Assembly (NCBI RefSeq): GCF_046119375.1
Contig: NW_027362769.1
Location: 259,656,001 to 259,720,000, forward strand
Source: Phyllobates terribilis
Lineage: Eukaryota
Reading direction: 5' to 3'
Length of the DNA: 64,000 nt
A program made the position numbers and the translations under genes. The notes beneath the pieces are model-generated. The model ran no database searches, was not told where the DNA came from, and worked only from the letters and a program-made list of their open reading frames with translations. Positions 12,391 to 22,980 of the stretch are shown here, piece by piece (position 1 is the stretch's first letter; each line of letters opens with the position of its first letter).

Positions 12391-15300
12391 ATGAGTGGAA
12401 AAAGGCCTGCTGCTGATGGAAAGGGGAATAGGCGTGTTGGGAAGGGGAAAAAAGATTGTGTCTGTGGGGTAGGTGTTAAAGCAACAGTAACATCTGCAGA
12501 AGAAAGACCATCTTCCAGCCAAACTAAAATGTCTACTTCTTTTAGCGGACAATGTGATAAGATCCCTTTCTTACGGCCATGCCAATCGCTACAAATTCCA
12601 GATGAGGCACAAAAACAGCAGGTGCTTCAACGGATATCAAGTGCTCCTTTAAGTGGGCTCTCCTCCACATCAACTTCAACATCACAAATACTCCAGTCCT
12701 CAAAGGTGTCACCCCAATCGCACTTGCTTCCTCACAGCTCCCAAATCTCCAGCTGCCCGTCTGAGTATGAGGTAGAACAGATGGTTGAGTCTGCAGAGCT
12801 GTTTACTCATACTATAGCCTGGGAATCAGAGGTCGACTCCAGCGCTTCTGTGAATCCAGACGAGGAAATGATCTGCACTGATGCCCAGAATCTTTATGAG
12901 TCGGATCCAGGACCAGACGCAGAAGGTTCTGACCATAATGTAGACCCTCATTCCCAAACTGTAACTCCTGTTGGTGGAGACAATGAGGAAGACGATGATG
13001 AGACTCAAATACCTGATTGGAGCGACAACTTTAGTTTTTTGTCAAGGCAGGAACAGGTTGGCTCTGAGGACGACGGGTGTGATAACGCACAGGGTGATGA
13101 TGATGAGGTTGGAGATCCCACTTACTGTCAACCCACAGTCAGCCAAGAGATGAGGTCAGCAGAGGAGGTGGAGGAAGATGCTAGTGACGACGAGGTCAGG
13201 TTGCGCCTTCCTGGACAGAGACGTAGTACTGGAAGCACGTCAACAACTGCATCCTCAAACACAACTCTGCCTCTCACCACAAGTCGTGGTGGCTCTTCAG
13301 GTCGCATGGGTGCTAAGCCTTGCATAGCCTGGGCATTTTTTCAGATCGATAAAGATGACCCAACTCGTGTTATCTGTAACATTTGTCAGCAAAAGCTAAG
13401 TAGAGGCCAAAAAATACATAGTTTGAGTACTTCATGCATGAACCGGCACATGGACATGAAGCATAAGTTGCAGTGGGAAGCACAGTGTGCTACAATGCGG
13501 CCTAGCCGGCCGGGCCAACCACCGTCTGACATATCTTGTGCATCCGCGGCCTCTTCATCCTCTGTGACTGGGGGGACAGCAGTCACACCTGTTTTGGGGC
13601 GCAGACCTGCCACCTCTTTACCCGCAACAGCCAGCGTGATTGGCAGGTCATCATTTTCTTTGGAGGTGGTAACACCAGCTGGTGTTGAGCGCTGTCCGAC
13701 ATCGATAGCACCACCTTTGGATCAAGGCAACCTAACATGTCCGCCTGCATCTTCCTCACAGACCGGCAGTTTGCCGGGGACACCCTTATCAACCCCGTCT
13801 AAGCACAATAGCCAGCCCTCGGTCCCTCAGATGTGGACAAGTAAAAGACCATTTCCTCCTAGCCATGAGAAAGCTAAGAGGTTGAATTTCACCATCTGCA
13901 AGCTCTTGGCTACAGAAATGCTGCCTTTCCGCCTGGTGGACACAGAGGATTTTCGAGACCTTATGTCCGTCGCAGTGCCCCAGTACCAGATGCCCAGTCG
14001 GCACTACTTCTCAAAGAAAGGTGTGCCTGCGCTCCACCAGCATGTCACACACAACATCACCGCTTCTTTGAGAAACTCTGTGTGTGACAGGGTGCATTTC
14101 ACCACAGACACTTGGACGAGTAGGCATGGACAGGGGCGTTACATGTCGCTGACTGGGCACTGGGTAACTATGGTGACAGCAGGACAAGGGGCTGCTGTCC
14201 AAGTCTTGCCGTCCCCACGAGTTGTGCGTCAATCCTCTTTATGTCAAAGTTCCTCCACTGCTTCTGCCTCCTCAACCTCCTCTCGGTCTTCCACCTGCAC
14301 CCAAAGCCTGTCTGGTCATGCCACAAGCTTTCTAGCTGCGCAGAAGGGATCCTGCACACCTCCTTACTATGCTGGCAGTAGGGCTCAACGTCATCAGGTG
14401 GTTTTTACTTTGAAATGTCTGGGAAATGTGAGTCACACAGCTGAGGAGTTGTGGTCAGCTCTGGAGAACCAATTTCATGAATGGTTGTCTCCACTGGACC
14501 TGAAACCAGGGAAGGCCGTGTGCGACAATGCTGCAAACCTGGGTGCGGCCCTTCGCCGGGGCAATGTCACACACGTGCCTTGTATGGCTCACGTGTTGAA
14601 CCTGGTTGTCCAGCAATTTTTAGCCCACTATCCCAGACTAGATGGCCTTCTGCAGAGGGCACGGTCGCTGTGTGCTCACTTCCGCCGTTCGCATCCCGCA
14701 GCTCAGCGACTTACATCTCTACAGAAGTCGTTGGGCCTGCCACTTCACCGGCTAAAATGCGATGTGCCTACCCGGTGGAATTCAACTCTGGACATGTTGC
14801 AGCGACTGTGGCAGCACCGACAAGCCCTGGTGCAATACGTTCTGACGTATAGCCTGGGCCAACGAGATCCAGAGGTGGGTCAAATCACGCTGGAGGAGTG
14901 GTCTCAGATCAGGGACCTATGCACCCTTCTGCACAGTTTTGAAATGGCGACGAAGATGTTTAGTGCTGACGATGCCATTATCAGCATGACTATTCCGGTG
15001 ATTTACATGCTGGAGCACATGTTAAACAGAATTCGGAGTCAGGTGGTGGCACAAGAGGAGGTGGAGGAAGTAGAGGAGGAGGAGTTGTATGCGGAAGGGC
15101 TAACATCTGCAAGGTCCAGACGGTCGGCAGCACCAAGGCGGCAGGCATGTGAGGGTGGGGGAGATGGTTTTACCAGGGCGCATGGTAGCAGCCAAACTAG
15201 TGAGGAAGGTGCTTGAACCCAGGAAGAAGTGGAGGACAAACTGATGGAAGACTCATCAGATGAGGGAGACCTTGATCACATTTCTGTTGTGCGAGGTTGG

Positions 15301-16092
15301 GGGGAGAGGACAGAGGAAGGAAGCATGATTGTTACCTCGCCACAAACACAACAGGGACTTGGTGCTCCTGGATGCGCAACACACATGAGTGCTTTCTTGC
15401 TGCACTACCTGCAACATGACCCTCGAATTGTGAGAATTAGAAATAATCCTGACTACTGGGTTGCCACACTGTTAGATCCCCGGTACAAAAGTAAATTTGC
15501 CGAAATTATTCCTGCCATAGAAAGGGATGCACGCATGCAGGAGTATCAGCAGAGACTGTTGCAGAATCTTACATGTGCCTTTCCACAAAACACCAGTGGT
15601 GCACGTAGTGAATCTCACAGTTCCAACTTGCCAACCGTGGGACCGTCAAGTGTTCAGCACTCAAACCGTAACAGAACCACAGTATCTGCTGGTAACATCA
15701 ATTTTGCGGAATCATTTCACCACTTTTTTAGCCCATCCTTTGCAAGGCCACAGGAGACAAGAAGTCTGACAAATAGTCAACGCCTAGAGACGATGGTACA
15801 GGAGTATCTCCAAGTAAACATTGAAGCCATGACTGTGTCACTGGACCCTTGCTCTTTTTGGGCTTCCAATCTGGATAAATGGCCGGAGCTAGCCACTTAC
15901 GCCTTGGAGATCTTGTCATGCCCCGCAGCCAGCGTTCTGTCTGAACGTGTGTTCAGCGCTGCTGGTGGTGTGCTGACAGATAAGCGCACGCGGCTCTCCA
16001 CTGATAATGTAGACAGACTCACGTTCATAAAGATGAACAAATCATGGATCCGAAATGACTTTTCTACCCCTGTGTCATCCTGGGGAGAGTAA
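12391..16092 (+). pseudogene. hAT (ZBED-like) transposase, 1233 codons with one in-frame stop at 15214-15216
   Basis: BED finger (WAFF...CNIC...H...H), TTDTWT, CDNAAN, CMAH, DVPTRWNS and SERVFS plus the hATC dimerisation tail. The two ORFs in the track are in the same frame. Confidence 0.93.
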
Positions 16093-16529
16093 AAGCTTGA
16101 TGATTGGTTAAAATCACCCTACCAACCGTTTTAAGCTTTCAAATTACTAATCATGTTTATCTGTATCTTGGCTGGAAAATAATTTGGGCTTTGTAGCAGT
16201 GTGCAGCACTGATTCTATTAGGCCATCTATAATAAGCTCCACCAGATTTAAAATTACTAATCATGTTTATCTGTATCTTGGCTGGAAAATAATTTGGGCT
16301 TTGTAGCAGTGTGCAGCACTGATCCTATTAGGCCATCTATACTAAGCTCCACCAGATTTAAAATTAATAATAATTTTTAGCTGCATCTAGCCCGGAAAAT
16401 AATTTTGGGGCTCCGAGATGCGCAAGACACATAAGTGCCTTCTTTCTGCACTACCTGCAACATGACCCTCATATTGTCAGAATTCGAAGTAATCATGACT
16501 ACTGGGTTGCCACACTCTTAGATCCCCCA

Positions 16530-17901
16530 AACTTTTCGATCAACCTTTTCATTTTAATAAAGACCAAAAAAATGGTCATTTTTGAAATTATAAGCAATAG
16601 CCGGTTATTAGAAACTGAAATCAAACAGTTTTCAACTCAAAACTTTATTCTAGGTGATGTTACATTTTCACATAGGACCCCTTGTTCGAAAGGAGCTTCT
16701 GAACTCTCTCGTCCATTGAATTTGTCAGGTTTTGGATGGTTTCTGCTTCAATTGTTTTGCATGAGGACAGAATACCCTCCCAGAAGTGTTGCTTAGATGT
16801 GAACTGCCTCCCGCCATCATAAACACTCCTTTTGATGATGCTCCAGAGGTTCTGAATGGGGTAGAGGTCAGGGGAGCATGGGGGTCACACCATAAGTTTG
16901 TCGCCTTTTATGCCCATATCAGCCAGAGATGCAGATGTTTTATGTGCAGCATGAGATGGTGCATTATCATGCAAAAAAATGATCTTGCTGTGAAATACAC
17001 GGTTCTTCTTCTTGAACCATGGCAGGAAGTGCTGTTTGAGAAAATCCACATACATTATGGAGTTCATCTTTAGCGCCTTCAGGGATCCTAAAGGGGCCGA
17101 CAATCTCTCTCCCCATGATTCCAGCCCAAAACATTACTCCACCTCCTCCTTGTTGGCGCTGTAGCCGTGTTTGCGTGGGGTGTCCATCAACCAGCCATCC
17201 TCCACTCCATCCATCTGGACCATCGAGCGCTGCACGGCACTCATCCGTGAACAAAACAGTTTTGAAATCAGTCTTCATGTAATGTTTAGCCCACTGGAGC
17301 CATTTCTGCTTGTGTGAAGTGGATAGAGGAGATCGACAGGATGGCGTATGCACAGCTGCAAACCTCTGAAGGACCCTGCATCTTGTTGTTCGGGGGACGT
17401 TGGAGGCACCAGCAGCTTCAAAAACTTGTCTGCTGCTATGACAAGGCTTTTTTGCCGCTGCTCTTTTAACCTGACGTAATTGCCTGTAGGAAAGAGTCCT
17501 CAATTTGCCCTTATCAGCACGCACACGTGTGTACTGTGAATCAGCTACATACTTCTTGATTGCCAAGACACTTCATCCTGATCATCGCACAATGTTGATT
17601 GTAGTCATGCCTTGACCTAAACCCTCCACAATTTGTTGCTTCTCAGCAGCCGACACATCCTTTTTCTTTCCCATTTTGGCAGAAAATGTAGGCTGCTTAA
17701 TAATGTGAGACAGCCTTCTTAAGTAGTCTTGCCTTTCATTGGACACACCTGCCAAACTAATTAGCACAGGTGTCTGCAATTGCTTACAGTGATATAAAGA
17801 GCCCTGACACACATCACCATCAATGAGTTTAACTGACAAACAAACAAATTCTTCCCTTATCACTCCTAAACACTTTTTGCATAATAATTTGGAACACAGT
17901 G
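16530..17901 (-). mobile_element. Tc1 transposon, decayed and truncated at the 3' end
   Basis: TA-CACTGTGTTCCAAATTATTATGC TIR at 17901. Translation gives MGKKKDVSAAEK, LFTDEC, LHDNAPSH and SPDLYPIQNLW (catalytic E changed to Q), with stops and frameshifts. Confidence 0.9.
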
Positions 17902-17970
17902 TACATGTGCTTTTCCACAAAACACCAGTGGTTCACGTAATGAATCTTACAGTTCTAACTTGCCAACCGT

Positions 17971-19800
17971 GGTCTGTATGGAGTTGTTCAATAAAGGGCC
18001 CAAAATTAAGATAACATAGATGGGAGAGGTCTCTATGAATAGGAATTCCTAAGTATTTGATACCCTGTGAGGGCCAGGCAAAGGGAAAGTTGGACTGGAT
18101 GGAATCCTATATGGATTTGGGGAGGGAGACATCGAGGGCCTCACACTTCTCTGCATTGAATTTAAAATTTGACCATGTAACAAAGTGATCTATTTCAGCC
18201 ATAACAGCATGGATGGATATATGCGATTGAGTGATATATACTAGGACATCATCAGCAAATAGAGAGCACTTGTACTCGGTGCCTCCCACCTCAATCCACC
18301 TAATATTGGGGTTATGGCGAATTGATGAGAGCAGGTGCTCCGTCACTAGGATGTATAAGAGAGGGGACAGAGGACATCCCTGCCTTGTCCCATTGGTGAT
18401 TGTGAAAGGTGATGAAAATGTTCTGATGTACCCCCTGGGCCTTGGGACACCCGGAGCCGGACCCTTTTTGGTGGATGCTGGTGGTTGTAGTCTTTGTGGC
18501 GGTGACCCGGTTCCATGGCTCAGGGTGGTCAAACCAGTGGCGGAACTATTTATGTGGTTTTGATGTTTAAATGTCCGACTACGCCACCCGTGGATTGCGG
18601 TCAGAGTGAACCGCCGCTGCAGGGCAGACCGCTGAGGCTGGTGTTGTGGGTGCAGCAGAGCGTAGCATAACTCCCCACGGGAGGAGTATAGCCTCAGGGC
18701 AGTGTATGCGGAGGATGGGGGTGATGGTGCAGGGCAGCAGCAGTAACGACACGGAGTCAGTGATGCAGTTCAGGGCCTTTACTCACAGTTCTTATTATCC
18801 AGACCACGTCTGCAGGTAACGGCTGCCCACGTCGTACTGTGCTCACCAGGTGAGGGGCTCAGACAACTCCCAGATAACTTTGGAGCACTTCACAGGACCC
18901 CCTTTGTGTGTCCTTTGTCTGGCCTTTCTTACCAACCCTTCTGTCCGGCTGCCTCGGGCCTCCTCTTGGTAAACTTGACGCCAGTTTCCCTGACCCTATG
19001 TGGTGCCTTCCTAGCGGGTGTAGCGAGGGGCTGCGCCACATAAAATGTCAGAGCCTCCGGTTTCTAGCTGAGGGTCGTTTCCTGCCTCCACTAGTTTCGG
19101 GGACCGGTCTCCCCCTTTGGCCTGACCCCTCCACGCAGGTGGATTCGGGCGTGCGGTGGCGACTCGCCCATCCGCACCCCTGGGATCCCTTCATTCCTCG
19201 TTCCTGGAGCCTTCTCCGCTCCTCTTCCTTCCTTCTCCCTCTTCCAGGCCTGGGCCTCTGTTACTAGGCCCGCCTCCGGAGCAGAGCTCATGCAGAGCCC
19301 CTGCTCCCTGCCACTTCTGCTCAGACTTCTCTGCAGTGAACTAAGATGGTGCCCACCTTTTATACTCCCTTCTCAATGCACCCAGGAACTGCTTCCTCCC
19401 TGCTCCTGCACTACAGGGTTCCCCTTCCTCAGTGTTCCCTCCCCCCACTCCAGCCAGGGACAGGGACTGTCGTGCCCATCTCAGAGGCATATTGGTCGCC
19501 CTGCCCCACGGCAATGTGGTGTAATGCATGCAGGTGTCGGGTCCTGATCCACACTCCATCCTTACCTGAGAGTGAGATATCACACCTCTGGGTGAGGTGC
19601 AATACCTCTGTAGCAACCGAGCCCTCAGGGTGCTACAGTTCCATTTATCTTCAGCCTAGGTGACGTATTGTGATACAGGGCCGTGATTTTGGCTATAAAA
19701 GGGTCCCCTAGACCCCTACCTCAAGCTTTTTAAGAGAATCATATATGGCGTGCCAGGAGACTCTATGGAATGCTTTCTCAGCATCCAACGAGAGTATCTA
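17971..19800 (-). mobile_element. L1/Tx1-clade LINE RT fragment split by a solo LTR
   Basis: SLDAEKAF...LYHN...INGTFSSPFTITNGTRQGCPLSPLL...LFADD...KYLGI reads across the LTR insertion. Confidence 0.85.
18424..19637 (-). mobile_element. Gypsy solo LTR
   Basis: TGTAGCACCC...GGGGGTACATCA flanked by TSD GTTC (18420-18423 and 19638-19641). Confidence 0.88.
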
Positions 19801-20050
19801 ATTACAAATTTTTAACTGCATCTAGCCCAGGAAATACTTTGTGCCTAGTAGCAGTGTCTGCTAGTCAGCGGATTATCCCGGCTGTTAAGCAAGCTACACC
19901 ACCTGTAGTTTGGACACTTAATTTTTTCAAAGGAAATGCTTCGGGACCACGGGATACTCAGTGAAGAGCATCAGGAGGCACCCCAAGGCATAGGGGCTGG
20001 GACTGGCAGTAGGATGCCTTGCGGTGGACAGCCGAGCTCGATCCTTATAA

Positions 20051-20172
20051 AAGCTTTTTAACTGCAGCAGCTTTAGTGGACGCTACTGGAGCTGGAATTA
20101 CGCGGCTGCTGGCATGAGACTTGCCCTCCAATAGATCCTTGTAAATGGATTTAAAGTGTATTCATTCAAATT
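20051..20172 (-). pseudogene. 18S rRNA fragment (helix 18 / 530-loop region) inside the hAT
   Basis: Reverse complement reads ...ATTGGAGGGCAAGTCTCATGCCAGCAGCCGCG-TAATTCCAGCTCCAGTAGCG...GCTGCAGTTAAAAAGC, roughly 85-90% identical by eye to vertebrate 18S. Confidence 0.9.
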
Positions 20173-21337
20173 AGAGAGACAATTTAAATGAAAAAGCTTA
20201 GAGCTGCCAACACCACAGGGGGGCACGCTCGACCCACCAGCGGACAGGCACCAGTATTGGGAGAGGGGGGCTGGCCGTCAGGGTTCACCGCGGCTCTGGC
20301 ACAAACCCGGCGACACGGAGGTGGCACGGGCAGGAGCGGACTGAACGTGTCGGCTTCTCACTTTTTGAATTTTAGAAGGGCATGACATGCCTATATTTGT
20401 GTCTACCCCTCCTTTTACTCCTCCACCTCTTTTCTTTTCGCATGACTATATGTACTTGTCACTTTTCCATGTGTTAGTTGTGTCTTCTGAGCAGTTTGTC
20501 AGCTTTTGGACACCTTTGAAGGTGTTTTCTATGTGTTTCTATGTGTTTTTGTTTGCCTGCCATTGGTTTTAATGGTGTTCGAAGGTGTTCGACGAACAGT
20601 TCGACGAACAGTTCGGCGAACACATGGGTGTTCGACGAACCAAACCGAACTCGAACACTACGGGGGTGGCTCAACACTAGTCAGAAGCTCCAGGGAGAGA
20701 GGCAGGAAGATATAGAAAGGAGGCTTTACACCCGGTCACTGGGGAGCAGGTCCTGAAGTGCACACCACCTACAAGTATCCCGGACCATACCTGACTACCA
20801 TCATCAGTAAAGGTACGGAAGTGAACCCCTGTGTGCGTGTCTGTTCTTCCTCTGACCCGGCTGGGTCCCCTCTCTCCTGTTTCCCTTCACACCATCCCTC
20901 CCCCGGGGGCCCCCTCCACCTGTGGGGAGCAGAAACACCTCAGCTGCCATCCCAACGTCCCCGGAGGTCTGAAGCAGCGCTGGTAATCATTACCAGGTGC
21001 CACAGGTGGCGTCACAAACTATTTACTTTATTTTTATTTTCTATCCAAGTTCCAATCCCCTTTTTCAAGAGGGACCCCAGGGTACGGGCCTGGGAGCGGA
21101 CCACCGCAACATCCCCAAACCAGGTAAAGGGACGGGTACCGAGTCATCCCCATCCCCTGGGCGCGTCAGCAGCGTCACTAGACGGGGGGCAGCCTCGGCT
21201 CCATACTGTATGGCTATGAGTATGTATAAATCATGCATACCCTTCGGTCCTGGGTCAGAAACCGGCAAATCCCTGCGCTGGGGGATTCATGAGTCTGCAG
21301 TCACATAGAGTAACTGCAGACTTATCAGTTTGAACAA

Positions 21338-22578
21338 CCCCTTAAGGACTCTGGGATTTTCCTTTTTTGCATTTTCGTTTTTTGCTCCCCTTGTTCGCAG
21401 AGTCATAGCGTTTTTATTTTTTGGTCAATATATCCGGGTGAGGGCTTATTTTTTGAGGGACGAGTTGTACTTTTGAACGACATTACTGGTTTTACCATAT
21501 CGTGTACAAGAAAACGGGAAAAAAATTACAAGTCCGGTGAAATTGCAAAAAAAGTGCAATACCAAAGATGTTTTTTTACCACGTTCACTGAATGCTAAAA
21601 CTGACCTGCCATTCTTATTCTCCAGGTCATTACGAGTTCGTAGATACCAAACATGTATAGGTTCTTTTTTATTTAAGTGGTGAAAAAAAATCCAAAATTT
21701 GCTAAAAAAAAAAATGGTGCCATTTTCCAAGACCCGTAGCGTCTCCATTTTTCGGGATCTGGGGAGATTATTTTTTGCCCACCGAGCTGAAGTTTTTATT
21801 GATTCTATTTTGGGGTAGATCCGATGTTTTGATCGCCCGTTATTGCATTTTATTGCAATGTTGCGGCGACCAAAAAAAGTAATTCTGGCGCTTAGAATTT
21901 TTTTCTCGTTACGCCGTTTACCATTCGGATTAATTCTTTTTTTATATTGATAGATCGGGCAATTCTGAATGCGGCAATTCCAAATATGTGTATGTCGGGT
22001 TTATTTTTTATTATTTTATTTTGAATGGAGCTAAAGGGGGGTGATTAAAACTTTTATATTTTTTTTATTTTTTTTATATTTTTAAAAACTTTTTTTTTAC
22101 ACTTTTTGCTTGCTTCTATAGTCTCCATAGGAGACTAGAAGCAGCAACTATCCGATAGCCTCTGCTACATAGAGGTGATGAGCAGGTCACCTCTATGTAG
22201 CAGAAATGCTCCTGTGATATGAGCACCGACCACTAGGTGGCGCTCATCGCGATCAGTACATGACAAGCACTAAGGTCTGCTGCAGACCCAGGGTTGTCAT
22301 GCCCACTCATCAGTGACCCACGATCATGTGACAGGGTCACGATGGGTGGGGTAAGTGACGCGCTTCTGGCACAGCGCTGTTAAATGCCGCTGTCAGAGAT
22401 TGACAGCCGCATTTAACTGGTTAACAGCTGCTAGTGGATCACGATTCCACCCGCGGCTGTTGCTGGTACATGTCAGCTGTAATAATGAGCAGACATGTGC
22501 CCGGTTCAGTGCGGGCTCAGCGCCAGAGCCCTCACTGAACTGGGGGTGATAGCTATTATGCCCCAGGCTTTATAGGGG
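21338..22578. mobile_element. Non-autonomous TTAA-type (piggyBac-like) DNA element
   Basis: Starts CCCCTTAAGGAC and ends AGGGG-TTAA, with no ORF. The superfamily is assigned from the termini only. Confidence 0.5.
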
Positions 22579-22765
22579 TTAAGACACGGAGAGGGATATA
22601 CGTATATTGTGGCACTTACACAGTTATTTCTCCTCTACTGAAGCCCTTTAGTGTTCTCGCCCACTATGATATCCTTCCATGGTCTCCATAGAGTATGATG
22701 CCACAAAATAGGCCCAATACAAAATGATGTTCCCACATTCCCCCACCTACACAACATGTTGGCAC

Positions 22766-22944
22766 TAGTGATGAGCGAGTATGTTTTGTTAACCCTTTCA
22801 CCGAGTATGCTCGGGCGAGCACCGAGTAGTTACAGCTGCTCGGTGATATGTTTGAATCACTCCCGTGTGCATGATTTGCGACTGTTTGACAGCTTTAATA
22901 CATGTGAGGAATGTGTAAGAAATAGACATACTCGCTCATCACTA
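22766..22944. mobile_element. hAT MITE
   Basis: Perfect TIR TAGTGATGAGCGAGTATG/CATACTCGCTCATCACTA with a decayed 8-bp TSD GTTGGCAC/GACGGCAC. Confidence 0.75.
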
Positions 22945-22980
22945 GACGGCACCACAAACCCCACACAATAAGATGGTCAT

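Larger units (their letters stand above)
10631..20679 (+). mobile_element. hAT DNA transposon (about 10 kb including nested inserts)
   Basis: TIRs TAGAGATGAGCG and GCTCAACACTA, 8-bp TSD GTCAGAAG (10623-10630 and 20680-20687), and subterminal GTTCG/CGAAC repeats at both ends. Confidence 0.92.
8573..21168 (+). mobile_element. Internally deleted Gypsy B: 5' LTR 8573-about 9147 (truncated), gag/pol scraps, PPT, 3' LTR 10042-10630 plus 20688-21168
   Basis: The two LTR copies align, PPT CTAGGGGGGAA precedes 10042, the LTR ends GGGCGCGTCA at 21168, and TSD GCAG occurs at 8569-8572 and 21169-21172. The ORF at 9216 resembles the gag N-terminus of Gypsy C. Confidence 0.85.
7327..21342. mobile_element. 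T2/Kolobok-type MITE split into arms 7327-7548 and about 21173-21342 by 13.6 kb of nested insertions
   Basis: TTAA-AGGGGTTGTCC at the left end and AACAACCCCT-TAA at the right end. The arms are reverse complements over more than 100 bp, and the inner elements all excise cleanly at their TSDs. Confidence 0.7.

Noticed and set aside
20051-20172. Functional rRNA gene
   Set aside because: Only about 120 bp are present, with substitutions and a deletion in the invariant GCCGCGGTAA motif.
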